Notes under the pieces: model-generated
What the model saw: only the letters and a program-made list of their open reading frames with translations
Database searches by the model: none
What the model was told of the DNA's origin: nothing
Translations under genes and position numbers: made by a program
Shown: piece by piece, positions 40,575 through 49,511 of the stretch
How the letters are laid out: each line of letters opens with the position of its first letter
How positions within the stretch are numbered: the stretch's first letter is position 1
Source: Candidatus Poribacteria bacterium
GTDB taxonomy: Bacteria; Poribacteria; WGA-4E; WGA-3G
Reading direction: 5' to 3'
DNA: 64,000 nt
Assembly (NCBI GenBank): GCA_965205015.1
Contig: OZ242029.1
Span: 4,416,001 to 4,480,000 of the forward strand

Positions 40575-41374
40575 TACTTCTTTATCATTGCCCAACTCGT
40601 GGCTAATTTCCCTTGCGGGTCCACACCGAGTGCTGCTTGTAATCCGTTGTCCATGATTGCCTTAATCTGTTTTTCAGTCAAATCCACGTTGAAAATAGCG
40701 ACCTCATCGAAAAGACCGAACATAAACTGGTGGTGTGCCAGAAAATCACCCATGTTAACCTCCTGGTCCTTAGCATTCGTGTCCATTGCCTGATCGCCGC
40801 CTTCCTTGCCCTGAAGTTCACCATCAACATAGAGGTCATGATCTTGCACGGAGTCCGAACCTTTGGGAAAGACGACCGCCATGTGATGCCACTCTTTATC
40901 ACACACGTCGTCTGCTCCGTAATTTTGCCCTCCAGCAACCTCAACCCTCAAGTTGCACTCCGCACCCCGTAGGTGCGCACGGACGTAGTATTTTTCTCCC
41001 GTCAGGTTTGGTCCCCATTTTACCCACGAATGCTCTCTTGTATCCCCGGCTTTAAACCAGAAGACCGTCGTCCTCGGATCTGTGCCACCAATCCCTGCGT
41101 AACCCGTAACAATCAAATTGTCATCTTTGCCATCGTAGTCCAGACACTGCCCGAACACACCTTTGGTGTATTTCGCACCACCAGATATCTCCCCGTCTCG
41201 ACCGTTTCCAGAAATGTCCTTGGCGACGGTCCCTTTTCCCTCGTCAAAGAGGTATGCAACCTCAACAGTCTCGGGATCCAGTACAGCGGTATGGCTGGGA
41301 CTCGTAATCAATACTCCGAAAGTGACAACTATTAACCAAATCAGTGCCAAACCGGCTCGACCTTCAAGTTTCAT
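40571..41374 (-). CDS. Secreted LamG-like protein
   Basis: YLFDEGKG, EWHHMAV, GLFDEVAIFN; tail VDPQGKLATSWAMIK; ATG 41374 after GGGAGG. Confidence 0.88.
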   Translation of the reverse strand: MKLEGRAGLALIWLIVVTFGVLITSPSHTAVLDPETVEVAYLFDEGKGTVAKDISGNGRDGEISGGAKYTKGVFGQCLDYDGKDDNLIVTGYAGIGGTDPRTTVFWFKAGDTREHSWVKWGPNLTGEKYYVRAHLRGAECNLRVEVAGGQNYGADDVCDKEWHHMAVVFPKGSDSVQDHDLYVDGELQGKEGGDQAMDTNAKDQEVNMGDFLAHHQFMFGLFDEVAIFNVDLTEKQIKAIMDNGLQAALGVDPQGKLATSWAMIKKY

Positions 41375-41586
41375 TTTTCCCTCCCATGTCAAAAATACGA
41401 TTCAGATTTCAGACCTACACCCCACTATTTTAGTGTAGGATATAGAGTTGCTTTCGCATATCGATCTAAGAGTTTTCTAAAGAGGGGATTTTAGCAAAAT
41501 TGCGCAAAATAGGCAAGCGAAAAAGTAGGAGCAGCGTGCGACCTGAGTTGATTCTACGCAGTAGAGTCAGGTATAATATAATATGA

Positions 41587-41778
41587 TTTAGAACAAACTT
41601 CCAAGACCTGAAAACTTGGTGTTTGGGTGCCAGACGCCTCCAAAAACAAGCCGACAGCGTTTCTGAGGCGTGGGTTCAGCAATATCGTGCCGATAAACAG
41701 AAACGAGAAAATTGTAACCAAACATACTCACCTTTCTCTATCACTTCTTGGGACTTCAAAACGCCTAATATTCCCTGA
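41587..41778 (+). pseudogene. Possible remnant of a Stf0-type sulfotransferase C-terminus
   Basis: Start-less frame reading RRLQKQADSVSEAWVQQYR; family similarity recalled from memory. Confidence 0.3.
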
Positions 41779-41823
41779 ATATCTTTGAGAAAATAACCGA
41801 GGCAAAAATTTTTGAAAAAAAAT

Positions 41824-41852
41824 TTGACAAAGAGAAAAACGTATGATATAAT
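41824..41852 (+). promoter_or_regulatory. Consensus sigma70 promoter of tetR
   Basis: TTGACA-17 nt-TATAAT with extended TG. Confidence 0.85.
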
Positions 41853-41853
41853 A

Positions 41854-41870
41854 TTAACACTGTAAAGTTA
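41854..41870. promoter_or_regulatory. TetR operator copy 1
   Basis: TTAACACTGTAAAGTTA directly after the -10 element. Confidence 0.7.
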
Positions 41871-41898
41871 GATAACTTTGTAAACAAAGGTTAGAGCA

Positions 41899-42504
41899 AT
41901 GGGCACTAAAGAGCGAAGAGCAAGAGAAAAAGAACAATTACGGCGGCAAATTCTTGTTGCAGCACGAGAGCTGTTTGTCAATGAAGGGTATGAAAACGTC
42001 TCCATGCGAAAGATCGCCAACAAGATCGAATACTCTCCGACAACGATCTATCTCTACTTCAAAGACAAGGCGGATCTTTTGGATTCGGTTTGCCAGGAAA
42101 CACTCTTGAACCTGTTGAACACACTTGAGCAGCTAAAAAGAGATAAGAGCGACCCCCTCGAGACCTTGAGAAAAAGTGGACGCACCTATGTCGACTTCGG
42201 CTTAAAATATCCACAAGATTACAAATTGACATTTGTCATCCGTCCCCAGTTCCAGAAAGGCTTAGGTCTGGAGGAAGGATCCGTTGGCGAAACGGTGTTC
42301 AATTACTTACGTGAAATGGTTTCCGAATGCATCCAGCAACAGAAATTCCGGCAGATGGATGTCGAAACCACCGGTCAAGTGCTGTGGTCAGCCGTTCATG
42401 GTGTCACACTGCTGCTGATTGATTTCCCAGATTTCCCTTGGACCGAGAAAGACAAATTGATAGACACAGTAATTCACACGACAATCGAGGGTTTGAAGGC
42501 ATAG
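41899..42504 (+). CDS. TetR/AcrR transcriptional regulator (WHG-type C-terminus)
   Basis: SMRKIA-x-x-IEYSPTTIYLYFKDK; WSAVHG. Confidence 0.95.
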   Translation: MGTKERRAREKEQLRRQILVAARELFVNEGYENVSMRKIANKIEYSPTTIYLYFKDKADLLDSVCQETLLNLLNTLEQLKRDKSDPLETLRKSGRTYVDFGLKYPQDYKLTFVIRPQFQKGLGLEEGSVGETVFNYLREMVSECIQQQKFRQMDVETTGQVLWSAVHGVTLLLIDFPDFPWTEKDKLIDTVIHTTIEGLKA

Positions 42505-42514
42505 TCTACTCTCC

Positions 42515-42537
42515 TGGCAGGGTTTGTAACCCTGCCA
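42515..42537. terminator. Hairpin after tetR (terminator or REP-like)
   Basis: TGGCAGGGTT-tgt-AACCCTGCCA. Confidence 0.6.
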
Positions 42538-42604
42538 ATCTCCGGCTGTTTAAGGAATTCTAAAGTCTACGATATTTGTTGACGGTCGTTTATGCTTTTG
42601 CTCA

Positions 42605-42625
42605 TAAGTTAACACTGTAAACTTA
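42605..42625. promoter_or_regulatory. TetR operator copy 2
   Basis: Near-palindrome TAAGTTAACACTGTAAACTTA. Confidence 0.75.
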
Positions 42626-42654
42626 TTTACCTATGTTAATATATGGAGGATAAA

Positions 42655-44301
42655 ATGAAAAAGCGAAACCTATTCTCAATACTCACCCTTGGTGTCCTTC
42701 TATCTGGATACCTCAGCCTGTTTGGCGAAGAGGTTGAGCAGACACCACCTGCCCCTGTGGAATTCACTTTCGATCCGTATGAAATCGTTATTGGCACAGC
42801 GAAACGCCAGACCGTTTTGACGGGATTTCTCCTCGGCGGTGCTATCGCGGAAATTGCCGTGGTGCACGTTGACGAGAACGACAATCGGCACTTACGCATC
42901 TACGTATTCGGCGACGGCACTTGGACCCTGAAATTCAACGCAACCCTGCGTCCCGACGTGTTATTCGTTGATGTCGCAAATATCGGCGGACGCGATCGAT
43001 TGATTGTGTATGGACCCGACCACCTAAACTGGTTCGATCCGGACGCAGCGACGGAACGCCCATTGGTAGCGGTTACTTCCAACTTCAAGCCGCCTCGTAA
43101 AGACGAAGTTCCGCATGTAGACCTTACTCGGGACGTGAATGCTGACGGCCGCGATGACTTGGTAGTGCCTGATTCCGATGGCTTTTGGGTGTTCATTCAG
43201 ATGAGCGACGGCACGTTCGCCGATCCAGTGAAACTCGGTCCGCCCACTGAGATGGAGAGGATCCTCGGTGCCGACGGATATCGATACGATCCTTGGTCTC
43301 AGAGCCGTATCCATGAAATCGACTACGACAGAGATGGACGCGTCGACCTGACCTTCTGGAACGAGGACCACTTCGAGGTTCATCTCCAGGACGCGCGCGG
43401 GCTGTTTACACCGAAAGCCATAACCTTCACCACCGATGTGGCATTCGACACCGACCGGCTCTCTTCACTCACCGCCCGGGACATGACAGGGAAGGTGCTG
43501 CACGCGTTGGCTGACCTGAGCGGCGACGGTATCGCCGATTTGGTCATTTTCAAACTTTCGGGCAGAGACATCTCCAGTAAGCATTCCAGTTACGAGGTGC
43601 ATTTCGGCGCGCCAACCCGCGATGGTGGCACTACTTTCGCGCCGGATGCTGACATCACATTCCGGGCGGACGAGAGAATCCAACTTGAGATGAACCGACA
43701 CGACTTCAATTGTGACGGTCAAGTTGACCTGATGATCACGACCCTCCATACCAAGCACCTCAAGGGGAGCCTCTGGAAGCGCCTCAAGGGGTTCATGGGG
43801 GATGACATCGGGCTGGGACTTGAGTTCTACCAAATGGATAAAGGTCGCTATCCCGACACACCCAATACCACCCGTGGCATAGCGTTGGACGGAGTCCCCA
43901 GCCATCGCGAACCGGGGTGGGTGCCACTGGGTATTGTGCTCCGAGGGGCGACACATGAGAGACGGAACACGCAAAAGAGTTACCCGCGCGCCTTCAACAC
44001 AACCTTGCGCATTGGGGATGTTACTGGTGATGGTCTCTCAGATCTGCTTATCGCCGATCATCCTCGGATCATGGTCGTCTTCGTCGGCGTACCGGGACCA
44101 GAAATATTCGCCCAGCAGCCTCAGAGGGTGGCAGTTGCGCTTCCCAATGACGAAGAATACACCTATCTGGTGGACCTCAACAAGGACGGCGTGCAGGATA
44201 TTCTCATGCATCACCCATTCACTTTACGGGACCTTCACGGAGCACGGAAACTGCCTCTGGGAACTGAACCGCATCGGGTGCAGCTGCTGATCGCCCGATA
44301 A
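42655..44301 (+). CDS. Secreted FG-GAP/VCBS repeat protein
   Basis: Signal peptide; DVNADGRDDLVV, DYDRDGRVDL, DLSGDGIADL, DFNCDGQVDL, DVTGDGLSDL, DLNKDGVQDI. Confidence 0.88.
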   Translation: MKKRNLFSILTLGVLLSGYLSLFGEEVEQTPPAPVEFTFDPYEIVIGTAKRQTVLTGFLLGGAIAEIAVVHVDENDNRHLRIYVFGDGTWTLKFNATLRPDVLFVDVANIGGRDRLIVYGPDHLNWFDPDAATERPLVAVTSNFKPPRKDEVPHVDLTRDVNADGRDDLVVPDSDGFWVFIQMSDGTFADPVKLGPPTEMERILGADGYRYDPWSQSRIHEIDYDRDGRVDLTFWNEDHFEVHLQDARGLFTPKAITFTTDVAFDTDRLSSLTARDMTGKVLHALADLSGDGIADLVIFKLSGRDISSKHSSYEVHFGAPTRDGGTTFAPDADITFRADERIQLEMNRHDFNCDGQVDLMITTLHTKHLKGSLWKRLKGFMGDDIGLGLEFYQMDKGRYPDTPNTTRGIALDGVPSHREPGWVPLGIVLRGATHERRNTQKSYPRAFNTTLRIGDVTGDGLSDLLIADHPRIMVVFVGVPGPEIFAQQPQRVAVALPNDEEYTYLVDLNKDGVQDILMHHPFTLRDLHGARKLPLGTEPHRVQLLIAR

Positions 44302-44327
44302 ATCCGTCAATGATATTTTTTTGTCAA

Positions 44328-44348
44328 TAAGTTAACACTGTCAACTTA
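44328..44348. promoter_or_regulatory. TetR operator copy 3
   Basis: TAAGTTAACACTGTCAACTTA within an about 44-bp block repeated from 42604-42647. Confidence 0.75.
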
Positions 44349-44452
44349 ATTATCTATGTTAATATATGGAATATCTAAAGGAGGATGAAATGAAAAAGCC
44401 AAACCCATCCCATAAACGCTTGATCGCTCAATCAACCAAAAGGAGAAAGACA

Positions 44453-45004
44453 ATGACACGCCCAATTTTTTGCCTCATCTGCATGTTTGCAGGAATAACC
44501 CTCAGTTTCTCGGCTCAGGCACAAGAAACTGATCTTAACAAAAATAGTGTAAAGCAAGATAAATTCCTCATGGATGACTCGGAATTTGGTATCGGACTTC
44601 AGGGCGCCACTTCTGAATTTGGCGGCATTAGTTTGCGTTACACCGGACTGGCACCGATATACTTTCAAACGGTTGGACGTTTTATTCTCAACGACCAGAG
44701 TAGCGATCACATGTTCGGAGGCGGCGTTTCTTACGCCATATTCGAGCACCACGGAAGGTGGCATACATCACGCCTCTATTTCACCTTAGAAGGGGGCTGG
44801 CGATACAACAAAGAACGGGAACTCCTTACCACCACGTTAGGAGGCGGACTCGCTTTTGGAGGCGAACTCGTGTTCTCACTCGGCGGCATTCCGCTCGGTT
44901 TGAACGTCGCTGTCGGTCAAGGATTCGGCAGAGAAAAAACCGACGCTGAATCCAAAGGTCTCGCTGGGGTTTACGTAGGCATGGGTATACATGCCTATTT
45001 CTAA
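44453..45004 (+). CDS. Small outer-membrane beta-barrel protein
   Basis: AAGGAGA RBS; signal peptide ending AQA; Gly/aromatic alternating strands; ends GIHAYF. Confidence 0.75.
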   Translation: MTRPIFCLICMFAGITLSFSAQAQETDLNKNSVKQDKFLMDDSEFGIGLQGATSEFGGISLRYTGLAPIYFQTVGRFILNDQSSDHMFGGGVSYAIFEHHGRWHTSRLYFTLEGGWRYNKERELLTTTLGGGLAFGGELVFSLGGIPLGLNVAVGQGFGREKTDAESKGLAGVYVGMGIHAYF

Positions 45005-45032
45005 TGTAAACTCGATATGAGCATTTGCGGGA

Positions 45033-45079
45033 TGGAAGATTGGAAGGTTGGGGCTTTTCTCCATCCTTCTAATCTTCCA
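45033..45079. repeat. Palindrome with GGAAG-repeat arms between convergent genes
   Basis: TGGAAGATTGGAAGGTTGG / CCATCCTTCTAATCTTCCA; related to 34578-34611. Confidence 0.55.
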
Positions 45080-45148
45080 GTCCGCCAGTCAAATGCTTTT
45101 ACGCGTTGCCTTCCCTTCTTTTTCACGTGATCGCCAGTCACCTACTGT

Positions 45149-46054
45149 TCACCTTGACCTACGCGCCTGCTGCGCTGAAACCAATGCGTGCCACTCCTGC
45201 CACGTCGGTTTACGACCTTCAGTCAGCACGACAAGCGGGACTCTACCGCCTGCCAAGGCTTTGTCCCTCACGAATTCGGCGGCTTCGCGCGCCTCGGCGG
45301 TCAGGTCAGCCCGGTCAGGTGTTGGGAAATAGCGGAAGTCGATGCTCCAACGGGATCTCCGTGTTGTGTTCACTTTGCTGGTATGTACGCAAAGGTTCGA
45401 CATGAACAACGCACCACCGGGTTTCAACGGAATCGGGACGGGCGTGCCACGCGCCTCGACATCCGCCTCCATCCGGACGTTTGAATCCGCACCGCGCGCA
45501 CCGTCCAGCAACCCCCAACGGTGGCTCCCGGGAATCACCCAGCAACATCCATTCTCGACCGTCGCTTCGACCAACGGCACCCACACCGTAACCATGTGGA
45601 GACCGCCTGTATGCTGCTCCTTTTTCCCGATAGTCGACTGGTCCAAATACTGGCTGTCTTGGTGCCACGGGAACGAGGTAATTACGCTGCCGGGGAGCTT
45701 CGTCCGTAATGCCGGTGTGCCGATATTCGAGACTTCAGGACCTAAGAGAAGGCGCAGCACGTCCAGAACACCCGGGAGGTTGTAGAGATCGTAAAACTCA
45801 CGTCCATACATACCAAAACTCCAGTTGCGAGGCAATATATCCAACTCTTCGCAGATCACAGCATACCGCCGCTCAAAGGATTCGTCTTCATAGCGCGACG
45901 ACAGCTTCCCCTCACTATACAGTTCACGGCTATACGCATCAACCTTTGCCTTGATGAAGTCGCGCATCGGCTCTAAATCCCGATTGTCAATAAGGTTTCT
46001 GACGACCACATAACCGTCCTGCTCATAAGCCGTCTTAATTTCCTGATCTGTCAT
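45149..46054 (-). CDS. PhyH-family dioxygenase
   Basis: YEQDGY, PWHQD, TVWVPL, NGC-x-x-VIPGSH, VHTS, RWSIDFR. Confidence 0.92.
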   Translation of the reverse strand: MTDQEIKTAYEQDGYVVVRNLIDNRDLEPMRDFIKAKVDAYSRELYSEGKLSSRYEDESFERRYAVICEELDILPRNWSFGMYGREFYDLYNLPGVLDVLRLLLGPEVSNIGTPALRTKLPGSVITSFPWHQDSQYLDQSTIGKKEQHTGGLHMVTVWVPLVEATVENGCCWVIPGSHRWGLLDGARGADSNVRMEADVEARGTPVPIPLKPGGALFMSNLCVHTSKVNTTRRSRWSIDFRYFPTPDRADLTAEAREAAEFVRDKALAGGRVPLVVLTEGRKPTWQEWHALVSAQQARRSR

Positions 46055-46174
46055 TAGCTAATCTCCTTCCGTCGCTGTTGCACAATCTCAAACGATATGC
46101 TATCATGAATGCTTAGCAGGCGCAATACGAATTGATCGATTTTTTTCCAATTCCATACATGAAGGGGTCCAGAT

Positions 46175-47308
46175 ATGAAAATTACCGATGTAAAAGCGAT
46201 GACACTCAAGGGATACAAACAGTGGAATTACGTCCAAATCGAAACCGATGAGGGATTGATGGGGATAGGCGAAGCGCATCCCGGCGCAGGAATCGCTGAT
46301 ATTATCCTGCAATTCAAGAACACACTCGTCGGTGCAGATCCAAGAAATATAGAACCCCTCTACCACCGAATGATCGGTGCCGCGAGCAACCGACACGCAA
46401 TGGGTTTATCGGCTATCGGTGGGATAGAAACGGCACTGTGGGATCTGCTCGGAAAAAGCCTCGGTGTGCCGGTCTATCAACTGTTAGGTGGAAAGTATCG
46501 CGACCGTATCCGACTCTATGCCGATGTCGGACACGGAAAAGGGAACACGCCTGAAGGTTGGGCACAGCGCGCCAAAGAAGGTGTTGCCGATGGCTACCAA
46601 GCGATTAAATTCGACATCGATAACTCCGCAAACGAACTCAAGCAGGATGCGGTCAATCGGGAACTCAGCACAGCGGAGTTACAGAAAATGACAGCGTTAG
46701 TCGCCGCCGCACGCGAAGCCGCTGGTGATGGCATCGACATTAGCATCGACTGTCATAGTCTATTCAGTACCCATTCAGCGATGAAACTTGCCGAACGCTT
46801 GGAACCGTTCGATCTGATGTTCTTGGAAGACCCTGTCCCGAATGATAACGTCGAAGCGATGGCGAAGGTTACTGCCGCCACTTCTATCCCCATCTGTACC
46901 GGTGAATTCCTGTTCCGACGGGACGGCTTCCGAGAGCTGATCCAGACCCAAGCCTGCGATATGCTTCACGTCGATGTATCTGGAACGGGAGGAATGCTTG
47001 AGGCGAAGAAAATTGCAGATCTGGCGGACCTTTACTACATCCCATTTGCGGCACACAACATCACATCGCCAATCGGGATGACAGCGACAGCGCATGTTTG
47101 TGCAGCCGTGCGGAATTTCATCGTTATGGAACTCCCATATCACGCCGATCAGGTTGAATGGCGATGGGATCTCGCACTTTCCGACGAACCGCTCATGCAA
47201 GAGAGTGTCTTTGTGGTGCCGGAGCAGCCAGGACTGGGTGTCGAAATCAACGCAGACGTTGCGAGAGAACATCTCATGCCCGGATCCGATCACTTCGGTG
47301 TGTCTTAA
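46175..47308 (+). CDS. Mandelate racemase/muconate lactonizing enzyme family (acid-sugar dehydratase-like)
   Basis: ALWDLLGK-x-LGVPVYQLLGG, IDCH, FLEDP, CTGE, AHN; upstream TTGCAC-17-TATCAT at 46078-46106. Confidence 0.92.
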   Translation: MKITDVKAMTLKGYKQWNYVQIETDEGLMGIGEAHPGAGIADIILQFKNTLVGADPRNIEPLYHRMIGAASNRHAMGLSAIGGIETALWDLLGKSLGVPVYQLLGGKYRDRIRLYADVGHGKGNTPEGWAQRAKEGVADGYQAIKFDIDNSANELKQDAVNRELSTAELQKMTALVAAAREAAGDGIDISIDCHSLFSTHSAMKLAERLEPFDLMFLEDPVPNDNVEAMAKVTAATSIPICTGEFLFRRDGFRELIQTQACDMLHVDVSGTGGMLEAKKIADLADLYYIPFAAHNITSPIGMTATAHVCAAVRNFIVMELPYHADQVEWRWDLALSDEPLMQESVFVVPEQPGLGVEINADVAREHLMPGSDHFGVS

Positions 47309-47392
47309 TTTTCCCGTATTAACCGTGTCATTGTCCGCCTCGAATGATGTCTCCCACGAATTTGAGGCGGGCTTTACTATCTGCTGTTGAAA

Positions 47393-49306
47393 TCATCCGG
47401 GTAAGGCACCTTGGTAGTTCACACCGGTAAACATCCCAACCACCATCCAAAATCCGACGATGCCAAACTCACCGATGATCAATCCCATAAACAGCGGTCG
47501 AAGCCTTCGATAGGATCCAATGCCCCCGGATTTTAATGCCAGATACTTCAAAAACCAGCCGATACATATACAGGACCAGAGGAAATAGGAGGAATACACC
47601 GCGCCCATCACATATCCAATCGGATGAAGGTGCCACCACATAAATTGACGCTGCATAATCAACAGGAATCCGGTGATGCCGGCTCCCAAAAGCATGCTGT
47701 ATGCCTCTCCCAATTTCGGGTCTTTCGGATACTGAATCAGGGAAACGATATGATTGAAGTATCTCGGTGCACCGGTAAAGGGACCCCTTTGCAGATTCAA
47801 GCCGCCCTTTTCATAAATTAAGGGCAGCGATGCCGCATAGGAGACGCCGATAGCAACAGCAATAGCCAGCACCATCGCACCGAGGACGCTTCTTCGATTT
47901 AATCCGACAGGATCCGCCGCTTTAAATCCGTGTAGAACGCTCGGCATTAAGATACCACCCCAGTCGCGCATCATTACCCGTTGGAACCCTAAGAGTGCCA
48001 AACTGTTCGCATTGATAATCCTTGAGCCGGCAGTAATCTCAAAGTATTCTACGGGATACATCGGTGCCTGAATCAGTAGCATACCGCCATTGACGACCAT
48101 CCACGACAGTGCCGTAGAAGCGATAAGGAACAGTGCAATAATGCTACAAGCGACCCAAAGCGACATCCCCGCGTAGACGCAGAGACCCGCAAGCAGCAGA
48201 AAACTAAACACCGTTCCCAGCACTGCCCATCTATACGGTAATACCTCATCTGAATCGTCGATCGTTGTGGAGGCAGCGGACGCCAGAAACGTCCGTCTCA
48301 GGAGATCCCTGATATGGCTCCGACTGTTAAGCAGGAAGGCGAGAACCATAACCACATAGGCAGCCATTGTTTGTCCTCTGGCAGAGATCCACGGACTGAT
48401 AGGGATCGCAAAGGCGTTGATGATAATGTACTGTAACTTGAAGAATAGGAAGAAAAACCAGCAACTGAAAGACACGTCCATGGCGAGAAAGTAGGTGATA
48501 CCGATAACCGAGAAATAGAGAAAGAACCGAAATTGGGGCCACCACCCCATCACAATCCAGGGACGCTCTGTGAAGGGAGTATACAGGTCATACCGATTCG
48601 GAATGCGTGGGAGTGCGGGGAAATACTCGTGTAGTCCATTGAGTAGATGAAAGAAGGCAGCGATTCCAAAACCTACCCACACGAGCCGATTCCTGAACAA
48701 ACTATCCAGACCGGCGTGCATTGAGGTCTGCTGAACCATCTCCACAGGCACCGTAACGAGTGGAAAGATGAACCTTTCGCGTTCAACCCACTGTTTCCTT
48801 ATCACAACCGATACGCAGATCGTCAGTGCGTAGAGCAGTAAGATGAAAACTGTCCAAACAAAGAGCGGTTTTGCCCAGAGTACCCACGGAACAACCGATT
48901 CCCCCTCATAGAAATCGATAACGGCATGTTCATCCCACACAATTAGCCATTCAGGGAAGTGCGGATGCAGCGTTTCTGCCCACTCATTCTCAGGTGTAGC
49001 GAAATAGACCGGTGCCGCCAGATAGGGGAGTAAGTATCCGATCATTCCTTTCGATGGAATCGCCGAACTGATGACCATCATCACCCAGACGATCATCAAT
49101 TCGCCCGGATTTAACACTGCTCGAGGAAAGGCTTTTTTCAGAATGGGATTGACGACCAGGGTGAGAAAAATCAGTGTAAACACCGTCCCCAAAGGAAAAT
49201 GGTTTCCGGCGATATCTGTTCCTTGGAGATAGTAGTCGTTATAGGGGGTAATTGCTGTCTGTATAATGACGAGTGCCAAACCGATCAGAATCGCTCTCAC
49301 GCTCAT
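47393..49306 (-). CDS. DUF6785/DUF6784-like polytopic membrane protein
   Basis: Paralog of 20056-22017: RKQWVERER-x-x-FPL, WW-x-LHPIGY. Confidence 0.8.
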   Translation of the reverse strand: MSVRAILIGLALVIIQTAITPYNDYYLQGTDIAGNHFPLGTVFTLIFLTLVVNPILKKAFPRAVLNPGELMIVWVMMVISSAIPSKGMIGYLLPYLAAPVYFATPENEWAETLHPHFPEWLIVWDEHAVIDFYEGESVVPWVLWAKPLFVWTVFILLLYALTICVSVVIRKQWVERERFIFPLVTVPVEMVQQTSMHAGLDSLFRNRLVWVGFGIAAFFHLLNGLHEYFPALPRIPNRYDLYTPFTERPWIVMGWWPQFRFFLYFSVIGITYFLAMDVSFSCWFFFLFFKLQYIIINAFAIPISPWISARGQTMAAYVVMVLAFLLNSRSHIRDLLRRTFLASAASTTIDDSDEVLPYRWAVLGTVFSFLLLAGLCVYAGMSLWVACSIIALFLIASTALSWMVVNGGMLLIQAPMYPVEYFEITAGSRIINANSLALLGFQRVMMRDWGGILMPSVLHGFKAADPVGLNRRSVLGAMVLAIAVAIGVSYAASLPLIYEKGGLNLQRGPFTGAPRYFNHIVSLIQYPKDPKLGEAYSMLLGAGITGFLLIMQRQFMWWHLHPIGYVMGAVYSSYFLWSCICIGWFLKYLALKSGGIGSYRRLRPLFMGLIIGEFGIVGFWMVVGMFTGVNYQGALPG

Positions 49307-49511
49307 CTATGTTCCCCCCTTGTGTTCCTTCTGGCAGCTAAGAATCTTTGTCAACCATTCTATCAAATCCTCTCTTTTTGATTAAGAAAAATCTTGGCTT
49401 GAAAAATCGACAACAGACTGGTATACTCACTGAGTGCCATTCCCATGGTTGGGAACATTTAATGACAGAGTAACCGTTCATTGCACGGCGTGCTAAAATA
49501 TGGAGGTCCCG

